From an uncultured virus (IMG/VR IMGVR_UViG_3300029953_000002) (taxonomy: Duplodnaviria > Heunggongvirae > Uroviricota > Caudoviricetes), in the IMG/VR virus record IMGVR_UViG_3300029953_000002: a DNA stretch of 64,000 nt; one strand, 5' to 3'. Shown here piece by piece: positions 20,430 through 31,605 of this stretch (position 1 is the stretch's first letter; each line of letters begins with the position of its first letter). The position numbers and the translations under genes were made by a program. Under the pieces are notes generated by a model. The model made no database searches and was not told the DNA's origin. It was given only the letters and a program-made list of their open reading frames with translations.

Positions 20430-22850
20430 TTACTTATGCAGTCTCAATGACGATTCCGCATAATCAAGCAATGCGTTAGATGTTGTCATACACGGTTCAA
20501 AGAAACTGTATGAAGTACCTGCGCTAAGCCATTCAGTAAATGTTAATAAGGAGCGCATTTCGCTGATGAAAGACGAAGTGCCCTTACCACCAAATGCCTT
20601 CGATAGTTTATTGCCGATAGCTTTACCAGCAGCAGCCCCTGCGGCAGTACCAGCGGCAACAGAATAAACCCCGGTATTAAAGCCAGTTTCTTCCTTAATA
20701 CGATTACCAAGCGCCAACCCACCTACAGCGCCAGCTATAGTGCCAACAGTACCGCCAATTTGTTCACCATACGACACGTATTTCTGAAGTTCATTAATAT
20801 TTGACTCAAGCAATGCTTCCAGACGATACCATTCTTTTTCTCCAAACGCTACATATGTGCAAATAGAGATTACGTCTTGAACCACTTCTTTGGCTTCTTG
20901 TAGATTCAATACTTTTAATTGCGTGATAGGATTACCTTCTGTTCGTACTTTTGAAACAGAAATCTCAACGCTATCTAAGTTATTGAAAATCTCAGCGCCA
21001 GGACAGTTATCTTCTGGCATCACCCCAACGATTGCCCTATTGCCAAACAATACGTGGCTTGACAATAAAGTAAAACCTTTTGGTGGAATCGAATCATAGT
21101 CAACTTTGTTCTTATCAGGCGTTTGCGTAAACACTTTACGATTGATTTTGAATTCAATTGCATTCAGGAATTCTTCTTTTGTTTCCTTAGCAATAATATT
21201 CTTGAAATTAGTAACGGTGGGACCAAAACCAGTTTCCAAGAAATTACTAAATACTTCTTTCGTAACGGAAGCGAACTCTTTAGATTCGCCAGAGAAGTTT
21301 GTAGGAACGCCATCGCCAATTGCCAAAGCTTTTGCTAAACGCTTGTGCGAGAACACTGTTTCAGTTGCAGTTCCTTTTGCAGAATTGATAGTGGTCAGTA
21401 GCTTCTTAGCACGATTATCAATCTTCTTAAACGTCAAGTAACGACGACGGAAGTAACGTGAAATTGTTTCAAGCGTAGTGCGCAGTGCTTTGATAATTGA
21501 GTTCTTGATTTTACCAACGCTGGATTTGATATCTTCCATCGCGAGCTTGGTTACTAATTCGGCATCTTTTGCATTCGTATTTTCAGTGATAGATTCTAAA
21601 GATACAAACGCGCTAGATTGACGAATACCAACACGCATGTACATATGTTCCAGTGATACAGCCAGGATATCGCTCGATATCTTACTAATGCCGCCCTTCG
21701 ACAATGAATCTTCGAGTGTGTAATAAAGCGATTCCAAAGCTTCGGCTACTTCTTCAGCTTCTTGAATCTGGTTTTCACTGTTGTCATCAAAAGGTTCATC
21801 ACCTTCTTGTTGAATCTCTACGAGATCATCAGCGATACCTTCGTCGTTTGACGATAGATCGGTATCATCAATTTCGACAATCGCGTCTCCCGCATCAGGT
21901 GTCAGATCAGCAGCAGCTGGATCAGCTTGTGTTTGTCCTTCAGCTGGCTCGGTAGGAACCGGTGGAGGGGTTTCAGGCATAGCAGGTGCTACATCAGTCC
22001 CGGCTGTCGGTTCAGTCGAAGCTTCGGTTGGAGGAATTTCTCCATCTGGGTTAACCGGTGCATCATCTGCTGGTGGAGGTGCTTCGCCAGTAACAGCCGC
22101 ATCAGGTGCAGGAGCGCCGTCTTGCGGAGAAGGTGGTACATTATCAGCAGCAGGGGCAGGTGCAGCAGCATCAGGAACAGCAGGTGTAGCTGGTTCTGAA
22201 ACAGGAGGAGTAGCGGTAGCTGTCGGAACAGGTGCGTTAGCTGGTGCACCATCTTCAGGAGAAGTCACTTTATCATCTTCTACATCTGGAGGAAGACCTG
22301 TTTGATCATCTTCCAGTGCTGGATTGGCTTTTGCTTTAGCAGCTGCTGGAACTGTTTTAGTGGTAGCTGCCACTGGTTGTGTGACAGTCATTGCTTTAGC
22401 TTTAGTAGGCCCGCCAGATACGCCGGTTGCTGTAGGAGTAATCTTACCATGTGGAATAGCATTACCTTTTACTTTCATGCTAACAAAAGCTTTAGTAAGA
22501 GCTTCAGCAACCATGTTTGCACAACCTTGCATATCTTCATCAGATAACCGAACACCGTCATCGTCTGAATGCTGAGCAGCAACAGCAGCTGCTTCTTGTT
22601 CATCGGTCAATGGAGTAAGACCTTCTGTAGCTGTTGTTGCTTCTTCTTTAGCTGCTTTCTTTGCAGCTTCCTCATCTCGATGACCTTTAATAGCCCCACC
22701 AGCTGCCAACAAACCTTCTGCTAATTCTTCAGCACGTTTTACAGCTTCTGCATCACCTACTGTCGCTACAGCAGCTCCTGCAATAGTACCAGCCACGTCT
22801 TCTAGTGCCGGTGTTGCGTAGTAATTCTCGAGTTTCTTAATGCGGCGCAT
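20430..22850 (-). CDS. Large internal head/ejection protein paralog with long acidic Pro/Ala-rich propeptide
   Basis: 806 aa; repeated PALED/ATEG/SLES/AMED motifs; glycine-zipper segment near the C-terminus. Confidence 0.65.
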   Translation of the reverse strand: MRRIKKLENYYATPALEDVAGTIAGAAVATVGDAEAVKRAEELAEGLLAAGGAIKGHRDEEAAKKAAKEEATTATEGLTPLTDEQEAAAVAAQHSDDDGVRLSDEDMQGCANMVAEALTKAFVSMKVKGNAIPHGKITPTATGVSGGPTKAKAMTVTQPVAATTKTVPAAAKAKANPALEDDQTGLPPDVEDDKVTSPEDGAPANAPVPTATATPPVSEPATPAVPDAAAPAPAADNVPPSPQDGAPAPDAAVTGEAPPPADDAPVNPDGEIPPTEASTEPTAGTDVAPAMPETPPPVPTEPAEGQTQADPAAADLTPDAGDAIVEIDDTDLSSNDEGIADDLVEIQQEGDEPFDDNSENQIQEAEEVAEALESLYYTLEDSLSKGGISKISSDILAVSLEHMYMRVGIRQSSAFVSLESITENTNAKDAELVTKLAMEDIKSSVGKIKNSIIKALRTTLETISRYFRRRYLTFKKIDNRAKKLLTTINSAKGTATETVFSHKRLAKALAIGDGVPTNFSGESKEFASVTKEVFSNFLETGFGPTVTNFKNIIAKETKEEFLNAIEFKINRKVFTQTPDKNKVDYDSIPPKGFTLLSSHVLFGNRAIVGVMPEDNCPGAEIFNNLDSVEISVSKVRTEGNPITQLKVLNLQEAKEVVQDVISICTYVAFGEKEWYRLEALLESNINELQKYVSYGEQIGGTVGTIAGAVGGLALGNRIKEETGFNTGVYSVAAGTAAGAAAGKAIGNKLSKAFGGKGTSSFISEMRSLLTFTEWLSAGTSYSFFEPCMTTSNALLDYAESSLRLHK

Positions 22851-22878
22851 TTGTTTACTCCAATTTTAAAGTTAAAGA

Positions 22879-23475
22879 TTAAGCATTCCCAAATAGGATG
22901 TGCAGTGTGCCTAACATGTCTTCTAAACCACCATCGTGGCTAATCCATTTTTGGATTACAGATGTCAAGCTGTTACCAAAGTCGTGTTTGAATAAGTTCT
23001 TTGCATATTCAGAAACAGGACCGACAGAATTACCTTCGTCAGTCATTGTTATCAAAGAACCCCACGTCATTAAGCCCATTTCCCGACGACCTTCATTAAT
23101 ATAACGAAGAGTGTCAGTAAGGAATCTATTATGCAAATCACCACATGCAGGACTCTGATGCTGTGACAAATACCAAGATCTGAAACTCCGTGTACCAAAT
23201 GCTCCCAGTGCCGTCAGCAACGTTTCTTTACGAAAATCAAAAGAACCCCAAGAAGGATTCTTTTTAATATATTGAGCATACAGCGCCTCAACATGCGGAT
23301 TCGCTGGAGGACCACCTTTCGATGATTTCTTATCATTCACAGTGTACTGAGTCATTTTCAACACACCCGTAAAAGGCTTAGGAGTGCGTTCAGTTTGCGA
23401 ATTGATGTTAGCACCCAGGAAACCACGCGGGTACAGCCTAAACTGTTGTGAGTCAGCTGATTGGTTACTAAGCAT
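22879..23475 (-). CDS. Conserved phiKZ-like protein (gp91-like)
   Basis: 198 aa; SFDFRKETL and IQKWISHDGGLEDML motifs; synteny. Confidence 0.5.
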   Translation of the reverse strand: MLSNQSADSQQFRLYPRGFLGANINSQTERTPKPFTGVLKMTQYTVNDKKSSKGGPPANPHVEALYAQYIKKNPSWGSFDFRKETLLTALGAFGTRSFRSWYLSQHQSPACGDLHNRFLTDTLRYINEGRREMGLMTWGSLITMTDEGNSVGPVSEYAKNLFKHDFGNSLTSVIQKWISHDGGLEDMLGTLHILFGNA

Positions 23476-24367
23476 AGTCTTTCTCCATCTTGATAATTTT
23501 ATAATTCAAATCATCAATACGTTTTTCCATATATTGAATTTGTTTCTGTACAGCTGCGTCGGGCTTACCTTCTGACAGCTTTTCCATATTTAATTTACGT
23601 AACTGGCAAAGTGACATTTCTTCTTTAGCAGCTTTATAACGTTCAGCTTGGTGTTCTGCTACCATAAGACGAAGGTGATAAATCGGATTAACCCAAGTAG
23701 CAATCAAGCCCATGTTAAACGGATCAATACGACTACTACCAAGGGTAGCGCTTAGACTAGGGCCATTTTCTTCAGTGATACGAATATCAGGGATATCGTC
23801 TAGTTGTTTCTTCAGACTATCAGGACTACCGTTCAGAATACTCAGCGCTGTACAAAACGATAGGAAATTAGAATTAATCCATTCTAATTCATACGGTGTT
23901 ATTGCATCGCGCGATTCTGAGCCTTCGTCTGGAAACTCAGCTGATTCAAGTACATAAACGTAAATAAGAAACTTCCGCGAGTACTTGGAAACAAAACCTG
24001 ACAGTTCTACTAATTGCAGAAGGTTGGCTTTTAGATAAGTAAAACCAGAACCAGAAACATCTTCCATGAAACATTTGTTTACGAGTTCTTCGATGATGTC
24101 GAGATTTGTGATTACTGCCTTCAGTGACTTTTCTATTGTTCCAATGATATTCCCACCACCATCACTTTTTACAAGTCGGCCAAATTGAGCGTTCTTATCT
24201 TTCATCTCTTTCGATTTAAACTTCCAGCCCTTAAACAATGGTGTTGCTGACTCAAATGCAGGGAGGGTACATTCTCGAATCTCCCCACGAGTTATTCGAA
24301 GATCCTCTATGACACGATCACGCTTGAAATTAGGAAGCAAAGACTTTATATAATCGATGATTTTCAT
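23468..24367 (-). CDS. Inner-body/head protein, phiKZ gp90-like
   Basis: 299 aa; LLPNFKRDRVIED, NPIYHLRL, C-terminal coiled coil; synteny. Confidence 0.6.
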   Translation of the reverse strand: MKIIDYIKSLLPNFKRDRVIEDLRITRGEIRECTLPAFESATPLFKGWKFKSKEMKDKNAQFGRLVKSDGGGNIIGTIEKSLKAVITNLDIIEELVNKCFMEDVSGSGFTYLKANLLQLVELSGFVSKYSRKFLIYVYVLESAEFPDEGSESRDAITPYELEWINSNFLSFCTALSILNGSPDSLKKQLDDIPDIRITEENGPSLSATLGSSRIDPFNMGLIATWVNPIYHLRLMVAEHQAERYKAAKEEMSLCQLRKLNMEKLSEGKPDAAVQKQIQYMEKRIDDLNYKIIKMEKDYA

Positions 24368-24447
24368 TTTTAGTACTATCCTAGAATTTATTAGGTTAAT
24401 AAAAGAGATGGCGTTGTTCTTGTTTAATAAGGATAATTATATCTTAT

Positions 24448-25728
24448 TTATAACGAAGGGGCGTTACCTAATTGGTACGCTTTCAGCACGTCACTTACAT
24501 CTGGACCTGCACCCTTATTGCTTGATTTCAAGTCACGCATAGAACACTCAGTAGGCAAGTGAATTCCTCTGTGATAGAAAGTAACTCTATACATTTGTTT
24601 ATCAATCACAGCTACAATCATGAGATATGTCTCTTTGAATAATTTTTCTCTTATCTTAAAATTATCGAACTTGCCATCTAGATGTAGTTCTAATTTAGAA
24701 ATAGCATCTGTCGTAGTAACTACCAAGTTAGAAGCATTAGCAAGTGACGGCGACATTGACGCTAACATGACATTGCTGTTGTTACGATTACGCTGTACGA
24801 TGTTGGAGTAGATACCTTCTTTATCCTTCATCAAATTAGTACGATGCGCATCAATAACGTCCTGACAGAATATAAGATCTCTCCAGAATTCTAAGCGACC
24901 AGACTTCCAACCATGATAGCGTTCTTTAGCTGTTTCAAGTTTATCTTGACCGTTAATAGATAGAATATGAATCAAGCTGTTAGTTGGTATTACGTTAGCT
25001 AACAAGCGAACTTGAATTGGGATAGATGCTTTATGGATACCATCTGTGATATCGACACTAAATAATTTACCAACAGATAAGTTAGAGATTTCTTTTAATG
25101 TTGAAAGAGTATCCCTACCAATGCCAAATTCTGATGTTTCGTGGCGATCTTTAAATTCTTGGATCTTAGAAACTTCATCGAACATGGATTTATCTTGTTT
25201 CATTTTAGTGTCGCGATTATCACGATATTTGTCCTCCATCCTTGCTGCTTCACGTTCTTTTAATGCGTCTGCTTCTTTTCTCTTTTCATACTCGAACCGT
25301 TCTTCTGCTAGTTCTTGTGGTGGCTTTGCTTCGAGAGCAAGTTCATAAGGAACAGGGAGACGATCTTGAAATGACTCAGCGCCATAAGCACCAATTAACG
25401 CTGTCTTCATATCACGAGTTGGGTTTATCTTATCGAGATGTTGCAATACATTTACCTTACCAATTGTCATGGACAATGCAACAGCTTGTAGGTAATAGCC
25501 TGCAAAAATAGAAAGAAGAGATTGCTGTACTTCAGTTAGATTGTCGTAATACAAACAATCTGCATCGATCAAAACAACAGGTTCGACGCGACTTACTCTT
25601 GTGTAGTCAATAAGATTGTCAGGAGCAATACCAGTATCAACTACTCTTGATCCCCAAATTGACGCTATTTTAGAAACAACGGTAAGACTAGCTTGGATAC
25701 CCGCTGCAAGCACTGCTGACGTAATCAT
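24448..25728 (-). CDS. Inner-body/head protein, phiKZ gp89-like
   Basis: 426 aa; RVEPVVLID, AGYYLQAV, NLSVGKLF, KERYHGWKSGRL motifs; ALE site. Confidence 0.6.
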   Translation of the reverse strand: MITSAVLAAGIQASLTVVSKIASIWGSRVVDTGIAPDNLIDYTRVSRVEPVVLIDADCLYYDNLTEVQQSLLSIFAGYYLQAVALSMTIGKVNVLQHLDKINPTRDMKTALIGAYGAESFQDRLPVPYELALEAKPPQELAEERFEYEKRKEADALKEREAARMEDKYRDNRDTKMKQDKSMFDEVSKIQEFKDRHETSEFGIGRDTLSTLKEISNLSVGKLFSVDITDGIHKASIPIQVRLLANVIPTNSLIHILSINGQDKLETAKERYHGWKSGRLEFWRDLIFCQDVIDAHRTNLMKDKEGIYSNIVQRNRNNSNVMLASMSPSLANASNLVVTTTDAISKLELHLDGKFDNFKIREKLFKETYLMIVAVIDKQMYRVTFYHRGIHLPTECSMRDLKSSNKGAGPDVSDVLKAYQLGNAPSL

Positions 25729-25758
25729 TATTCAATTCCTTTAATAGAGGTTTTTCAG

Positions 25759-26934
25759 ATGGCAATCAATAATACAAAACCTACAATACCGAATGAAGCT
25801 GCGGGGCCAACAGTATCAGCCATTATGTCGGCTGGTGGGTTAGGCACACCAAGAGACGCAATAGATAAAATATTTAGCACTTCTCCTATTGGTCCTATCA
25901 CAACAACAATCGGTGATAATTTTTATGGTATTAATCATAGACAAACACCAGGTCCAGTTCAGATTAACAAAGATTATTTTGGCTTAACGTTTTTCACAAG
26001 ACCTTTATTAAATTTATCTACAGTTAACATAAGAACAGTTCGGCAGCTAACTCCATTATTAACAAATGATAGCAATAGCATACCGCGTATTATACGATGT
26101 CTGCTAGATCCTGATTTAGATGTAAATGAAGGAATTACTTGTTCACTAGTGGATAGCCAACAAGCGTTTATTCCTGTGCTGACTAATTACTTACAATCGG
26201 TAACTGGATGGCAAGATATTATTGCGCCTACCTATACATCAAATCCTGGTGTTTATCAAGAAACGTTTGGTTTTGTTGATGGCACAACACAAAACTACAC
26301 GACATACGATATACAGGCCAGTTTCAGAAATTTACCTGGTGACCCAATTACAGCACTGTTTACAACATGGATACGCTACGCATCGCTGGTGTATGAAGGT
26401 GTTCTTGTACCTTATCCACAGTATATTGTGGAAAATGAAATAGATTACAATACACGTATATATCGTCTCGTTTTGGATAACACGAAAACAAAGGTACAGA
26501 AGATTGCTTGTTGTGGAGCATCGTTCCCAATTAGTGCTCCTACCTCCGCTGTTTTCAATTACGAACATGGTAAACCAATCAATGATTCTAACGATCAAAT
26601 CACTATTCAATTTAGAGCAATGGGTATGTGTTACTCTGATGATATTGTGATTGATGAATTTAATAAAACAGTTGCGTTCTTTAATGACGGAATGAGTGCT
26701 AAGAATTTTATAGCACCAACAGGCAATAATACAGCATGGACAAATTCGGCGTATACGCAAATACCAATGGCAGCTTTAACGATTTTTAATAATCGTGGTT
26801 ACCCTAGAATAAATCCTTACAATTATAATTTAGAATGGTGGGTAGATAATGCGCTATATAGCTATATGCTACCTGACTATACTAACGCGATTAATCAAGG
26901 AACGGTAGCACAAAACGCAAGTGCGACGCCATAG
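25759..26934 (+). CDS. Virion/baseplate protein, phiKZ gp88-like
   Basis: 391 aa; GINHRQ, GLTFFTRPLLNLS, IDYNTRIYRLVLD motifs; divergent from the gp89-like gene. Confidence 0.6.
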   Translation: MAINNTKPTIPNEAAGPTVSAIMSAGGLGTPRDAIDKIFSTSPIGPITTTIGDNFYGINHRQTPGPVQINKDYFGLTFFTRPLLNLSTVNIRTVRQLTPLLTNDSNSIPRIIRCLLDPDLDVNEGITCSLVDSQQAFIPVLTNYLQSVTGWQDIIAPTYTSNPGVYQETFGFVDGTTQNYTTYDIQASFRNLPGDPITALFTTWIRYASLVYEGVLVPYPQYIVENEIDYNTRIYRLVLDNTKTKVQKIACCGASFPISAPTSAVFNYEHGKPINDSNDQITIQFRAMGMCYSDDIVIDEFNKTVAFFNDGMSAKNFIAPTGNNTAWTNSAYTQIPMAALTIFNNRGYPRINPYNYNLEWWVDNALYSYMLPDYTNAINQGTVAQNASATP

Positions 26935-26999
26935 CCGAATTCATTTGAACAAACAGTTATAAATCCTGGTAACTCTTATTATTAGAATGATACTTAAAC

Positions 27000-29900
27000 A
27001 TGACAGCCTCTACGATTGTTATTCCTGCGTCAGCGCAGAGCATTACCGCGTCCACTGCCGGTATACCAGAATCTACGGTAATCAACGCGTCTACTAACAA
27101 CACCGCATCTGTTCCTGGTAGTGTTAATAATTCTGCAGCGACATCAGCCATTACAAGTTCTGTTAGTACTCTACTCAGTAACGTAACTAGATATATGTAC
27201 AACCCAGCCGGTATACAACAATCTGTACTAGCTGTGCTAGATCAAGTTACAAACGGAACGATGAACATTGTTGATCCAACAAGCCCGTTCTTATATTCGT
27301 TAGAATCTTCTGCTGTTTTAACTGCCGGGTTTATGCAAGAGAATGCAGCGAATACACGTAAGTTATATCCGATGGCTGCTCAGACACCGTCAGATCTATA
27401 CACACATATGTCTGATTTAGATTATTTGAATCGTTTTGCTGTCCCTGCTACTGCTTCTTTCTTTATTATTCTTCCATTAGCTCAACTGTTATCTAAAATG
27501 GTAACCGACCCAGCGACTGGAATTAACATGGTTGTCATCCCACGTAATTCGTATTTTACTGTGGCAGATACAACATTCAGCATACAGTATCCAATACAGA
27601 TTAGACAGATGCAACATGGTGGTATTTCTGTTGTTTATGATACAACTATAACTTCACCAATGCAGCAGTTAGATACAAATGTTATTCCTTATGAGTTATT
27701 AACAAATAACGACGGCACAGAATGGATTCGACTTCAATTCGAAACATATCAATTTGACATCATTAGTCAAACAGGTTCGTTGGACGCATCAACTGATTTC
27801 TCTATCGATATTTCATTTACAGATCAGTATTATTTCTGTCGTGTATACACACAAAACTTAACAACTGGTTTATATACTGAAATTGTTACAACACATACAG
27901 ATCAGATTTATGACCCAACAATACCAACTGCTGTTTTAACTGTTACTGCTAAATCAATTAATGTAACTATACCACAAATTTATACAAGTACGTCTTTATT
28001 AAATTCTGGTATTCGTATTGATGTATACGAAACAAAAGGCATACTGAATATGATCTTGTGGGAATATCCAATAGGGTCGTGTGTAGGCACATGGGAAGCG
28101 TATGATCCTAATGATCAAACTATATTCACAGCGCCATTACCAACACTGACCACAGTTGTTATTTATTCCGATGACGCAGTATCTGGTGGTAAGAACGCAA
28201 TGACGTTCACGCAACTACGTCAGCAAGTAATTACAAACGCCATTGGTGCTCCATCATTACCAATTACAAACACACAAATTGAAACAGCATTAGCAGTGGC
28301 AGGATATACAATCGTTAAAAATGTGGACTCGATTACAAACCGTATATATCTTGCAACACGACCTATGCCTACGCCAATTAACACAGCGTTGTTAACAGCG
28401 GCGTCTGCTAGCATTGAAACAGTGTCAATTGTAATTAGTGCTATTGCTACGAATACAGCTATAATTGATAACGGCACAAGCATTACGTTAACGCCGAATG
28501 TTATTTATCAAAATAACAACGGCATAGTAACCGTTGTCCCTAGTAGTCAAGTAGCTGCGTTGCAAGCTTTATCACCTTCGTCTTTAGCTGTTGCTGTAAG
28601 TAGCGGTAATTTCTTATATACGCCTTTCCACTATGTATTGGATATGGCGAATAACGAATTTAATATGCGACCTTACTACCTAGATGATCCTGTTATTAAT
28701 ACGAAATTATTTGTAGCTGAAAACGATTCCACATTAATTCAAGTGGGAACTCAAGCTTACTCTATCAGTAGAACAAATACTGGTTTTAGTATTCAGATCG
28801 TTACACAGTCTACTTCAGTCTATCAGTCTTTACCCGATAATGAAGTATATGCTCAACTTTCTTTCACGCCAGAAGGCGAAACAGCTAACGCGTTTATTAA
28901 CGGTGTACAAACAGGAACAACAAGCGCTGGTGAACGTATATACACATTTGATCTCAGTACGAATTTCTATTTAGATATAAACAATAATATTGGTTTAACA
29001 AAATTCTTCATGTTTACTGACCAGTCTATTGTTGTGTATGCTGGGTTGAATACTATATTTAATGTGTTGTATGCTACTACTTCTGTAATGGGTTCTCAGT
29101 GGAGTTCTGATTCTGTTGATACGAATATTGGTAAGTTCTTATTGCCAAATAACGCAGTAGGCATTACACAGGAACAACTAAATGTAACATTTGGATATGC
29201 GCTTACGACATTGTGGGCAGAAGCTAGAAGTGTGGTTTCTTCGGAGCAATATGAAACATACACAGCTAATGTACCATGGACATATCAAGCAGATGTTTAC
29301 ACAACAGATAACAATGGTTCATCAATTAACATCGTAAATGGTCAAGTTGTTTACAACATTCTGCATCATGCCGGTGATCCTGTTTTAGAAACAAACGGAA
29401 CACCTTCATATCAGCATTTAGCAGGTGATACGGTTCTTGATTCAAATGGGAACCCTGTTATCACTAACGCACGTGGCATGATGCGTATGATTGATTTAAT
29501 GATGATAGAGGGCGCATATTGGTTTGCTACGGATTCTGTATCTACTGGATATAGGACAGATCTAACACGAACTGTTGTAGGATGGTTGACAGAAGATCTA
29601 GTTGTATTGTCTACCGATCTACTGGAGAACACTGAACTTCTATTCTATCCAGCTACTAGTCTTGGGCAGATCAATGTTAATGTTGGTAATAGTGTTATTG
29701 TTACTTTAGAAGCAGGTCAGGTATTTGTTGTTAATTTGTTTGTTCCAAATACGACACTTAATAATTTAGCTTTACGTGCTAATATTGAAACAACAACTAT
29801 CCAAGTCATTAGTGCTGCATTAACAGCGACCACAATATCCATTGATCAGATAGTTACTAGTTTACGTGCTCAGTACGGCACAGATGTAACCTCAGTTCAA

Positions 29901-30053
29901 TTGTCCGGATTTGGCGGTAGTTTAAATTATCAAGCAGTTATTATTGAAGATGCTGGTGCTAATTTTAGTATCGCTAAACGGTTAGTAGCACAAGCTGACA
30001 ATAGTCTTATTGTTGAAGAAGCGGTTACGATTAACTTCATACCGTTGAATTAA
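27000..30053 (+). CDS. Baseplate wedge-like protein, phiKZ gp87-like
   Basis: 1017 aa; DPTSPF, LYTHMSDLDY, RIYLATR, YTPFHYVLD motifs; synteny. Confidence 0.6.
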   Translation: MTASTIVIPASAQSITASTAGIPESTVINASTNNTASVPGSVNNSAATSAITSSVSTLLSNVTRYMYNPAGIQQSVLAVLDQVTNGTMNIVDPTSPFLYSLESSAVLTAGFMQENAANTRKLYPMAAQTPSDLYTHMSDLDYLNRFAVPATASFFIILPLAQLLSKMVTDPATGINMVVIPRNSYFTVADTTFSIQYPIQIRQMQHGGISVVYDTTITSPMQQLDTNVIPYELLTNNDGTEWIRLQFETYQFDIISQTGSLDASTDFSIDISFTDQYYFCRVYTQNLTTGLYTEIVTTHTDQIYDPTIPTAVLTVTAKSINVTIPQIYTSTSLLNSGIRIDVYETKGILNMILWEYPIGSCVGTWEAYDPNDQTIFTAPLPTLTTVVIYSDDAVSGGKNAMTFTQLRQQVITNAIGAPSLPITNTQIETALAVAGYTIVKNVDSITNRIYLATRPMPTPINTALLTAASASIETVSIVISAIATNTAIIDNGTSITLTPNVIYQNNNGIVTVVPSSQVAALQALSPSSLAVAVSSGNFLYTPFHYVLDMANNEFNMRPYYLDDPVINTKLFVAENDSTLIQVGTQAYSISRTNTGFSIQIVTQSTSVYQSLPDNEVYAQLSFTPEGETANAFINGVQTGTTSAGERIYTFDLSTNFYLDINNNIGLTKFFMFTDQSIVVYAGLNTIFNVLYATTSVMGSQWSSDSVDTNIGKFLLPNNAVGITQEQLNVTFGYALTTLWAEARSVVSSEQYETYTANVPWTYQADVYTTDNNGSSINIVNGQVVYNILHHAGDPVLETNGTPSYQHLAGDTVLDSNGNPVITNARGMMRMIDLMMIEGAYWFATDSVSTGYRTDLTRTVVGWLTEDLVVLSTDLLENTELLFYPATSLGQINVNVGNSVIVTLEAGQVFVVNLFVPNTTLNNLALRANIETTTIQVISAALTATTISIDQIVTSLRAQYGTDVTSVQLSGFGGSLNYQAVIIEDAGANFSIAKRLVAQADNSLIVEEAVTINFIPLN

Positions 30054-30069
30054 CAAAAAAAATAGGTAG

Positions 30070-30100
30070 CTACCAGAGGGAGTAATCCCTCTGGTATATG
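30070..30100. terminator. Bidirectional hairpin terminator between convergent genes
   Basis: taccagaggga-gtaa-tccctctggta. Confidence 0.7.
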
Positions 30101-30103
30101 CCG

Positions 30104-30352
30104 TTAACCCACGAACGGATGTTCGTTTAACAGCTTTACAATGTGCTCAGCTATCAACTTCGCCTGAATCTTACGACCTGGTTCAGTCTTCGCCATTGTT
30201 TGTGCATTAATGACTTGAACATGAAACATGACGTCGTTTTGAAGCTCCGGCTTGTATTGCTTTGTTTCTGGGTCTCGCTTATAGCTACCGGTTTCTGCTA
30301 AACGATAAACCAGGTTGTCTTCTGTTTGCCACACACCTGTTTGCTCGATCAT
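30104..30352 (-). CDS. Hypothetical early protein
   Basis: 82-aa ORF downstream of the promoter motif at 30680. Confidence 0.5.
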   Translation of the reverse strand: MIEQTGVWQTEDNLVYRLAETGSYKRDPETKQYKPELQNDVMFHVQVINAQTMAKTEPGRKIQAKLIAEHIVKLLNEHPFVG

Positions 30353-30390
30353 GGTAATTCTACTTTATTTCAATGAGTTGTGAATTTTTT

Positions 30391-30642
30391 CTAACCGGGT
30401 GTTAATGTTGCCAGTTGTTTTATAAATGCTCTACCTTTATCAGTGATAGAAACAAAACTGACGTCATGCGCAATCATATTGCCGCTAGGGATGTCCTTCT
30501 TATGGACTTCCATTAGACCGAGTTCATGCAGTTTGCGCACAGCGGTTTCTTCAGCCACGCCATAATGGCACGACTGCATTTCTTTACGACCTTTCAACCA
30601 CATCTCATTTAAGAGAAGTGTTAGAATCAAATTCTTATCCAT
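30391..30642 (-). CDS. Small winged-helix-like early protein
   Basis: GGGAG RBS; AVRKLHELGLM...SITDKGRAFI is wHTH-like. Confidence 0.5.
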   Translation of the reverse strand: MDKNLILTLLLNEMWLKGRKEMQSCHYGVAEETAVRKLHELGLMEVHKKDIPSGNMIAHDVSFVSITDKGRAFIKQLATLTPG

Positions 30643-30679
30643 GTTGTTTCTCCCAATAGTTACAAAGTATTACTGAATC

Positions 30680-30715
30680 TCACATACAGTATATATGTCT
30701 GAAATATTCTAGAAT
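30680..30715 (-). promoter_or_regulatory. Repeated putative phage early promoter, copy 1
   Basis: Minus strand ATTCTAGAATATTTCAGACATATATACTGTATGTGA; near-identical copies at 41787 and 61870, each upstream of small minus-strand genes. Confidence 0.75.
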
Positions 30716-30773
30716 ACAACTTTTTACGGCATAAACCCTATAACCTCTACGATGAGATTATAGGGTAAATGTT

Positions 30774-31604
30774 TTATCTCAAACCTTTTTTCTCTAACAC
30801 TTTCATACTCTTATCAGGATCAATCTGAAACAAAGCATCGTATTTCTTGTAGAGCTTAATGACATCTTTCAATGCGGTGGTCACATATTTTTCATGTACT
30901 TTAGCAATAGATTTACAATAACCAAATGCTGCTGTAGAAATACCAGCCATCTGCATACGGTATTGTTCATTATCCTGCAAATCAATATTATTTGCAGCTG
31001 TTGATTTCGCTTTTGCATCAGCTTTCTTTTCGGCTTCATCAGCTTTGTCAATCGCTTCACTCAGTAGGCAAATAACATTTTTTGTTATTTCTTCTAATGA
31101 AGCACTGTAACGAGTAGCTGACGGCACTTCACTATAAAAGCCTAATGGGACACCGCCAAATCCAGGAGCAATACGTTCTGCTTCCATTGCTAGTTTCTTA
31201 CACATCCCACCAGTCTTAGCAATATCGTTTACAAGATAAGTAAAATCAACAATACGGTTTTCTAACGAGGTGAAGTAACCGTTGTCATAAATAGCCTTAT
31301 CGTCAACAGGTTTGAATAGAACAGTCTCAACGACTTCATCATCTAGTTCGTAACCTTCATTCAGACCACCTAACCCAGATAACTTTTGCTGATCTTCTAA
31401 CTCTAGTTCCATTGGCGTTGCTTCTGTTGCAATTGCTTGCGGCTTGCCATTCACCATTTTGGTAAGTTCCGTTCCTGTATCTGCTGTTTCTTCTATACCC
31501 GCATCAGGTCCCGTTATCTTCGCACCAATGCTTTTATCAACAGAATTAAACTTAATGTAAATTCCATTAACAAGTTTTACATCGCTATACATGACGTTAA
31601 GCAT
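30774..31604 (-). CDS. Head protein, phiKZ gp86-like
   Basis: ATE/SLE/AME motifs; GFYSEVPSATRYSASLEE. Confidence 0.55.
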   Translation of the reverse strand: MLNVMYSDVKLVNGIYIKFNSVDKSIGAKITGPDAGIEETADTGTELTKMVNGKPQAIATEATPMELELEDQQKLSGLGGLNEGYELDDEVVETVLFKPVDDKAIYDNGYFTSLENRIVDFTYLVNDIAKTGGMCKKLAMEAERIAPGFGGVPLGFYSEVPSATRYSASLEEITKNVICLLSEAIDKADEAEKKADAKAKSTAANNIDLQDNEQYRMQMAGISTAAFGYCKSIAKVHEKYVTTALKDVIKLYKKYDALFQIDPDKSMKVLEKKGLR

Positions 31605-31605
31605 A

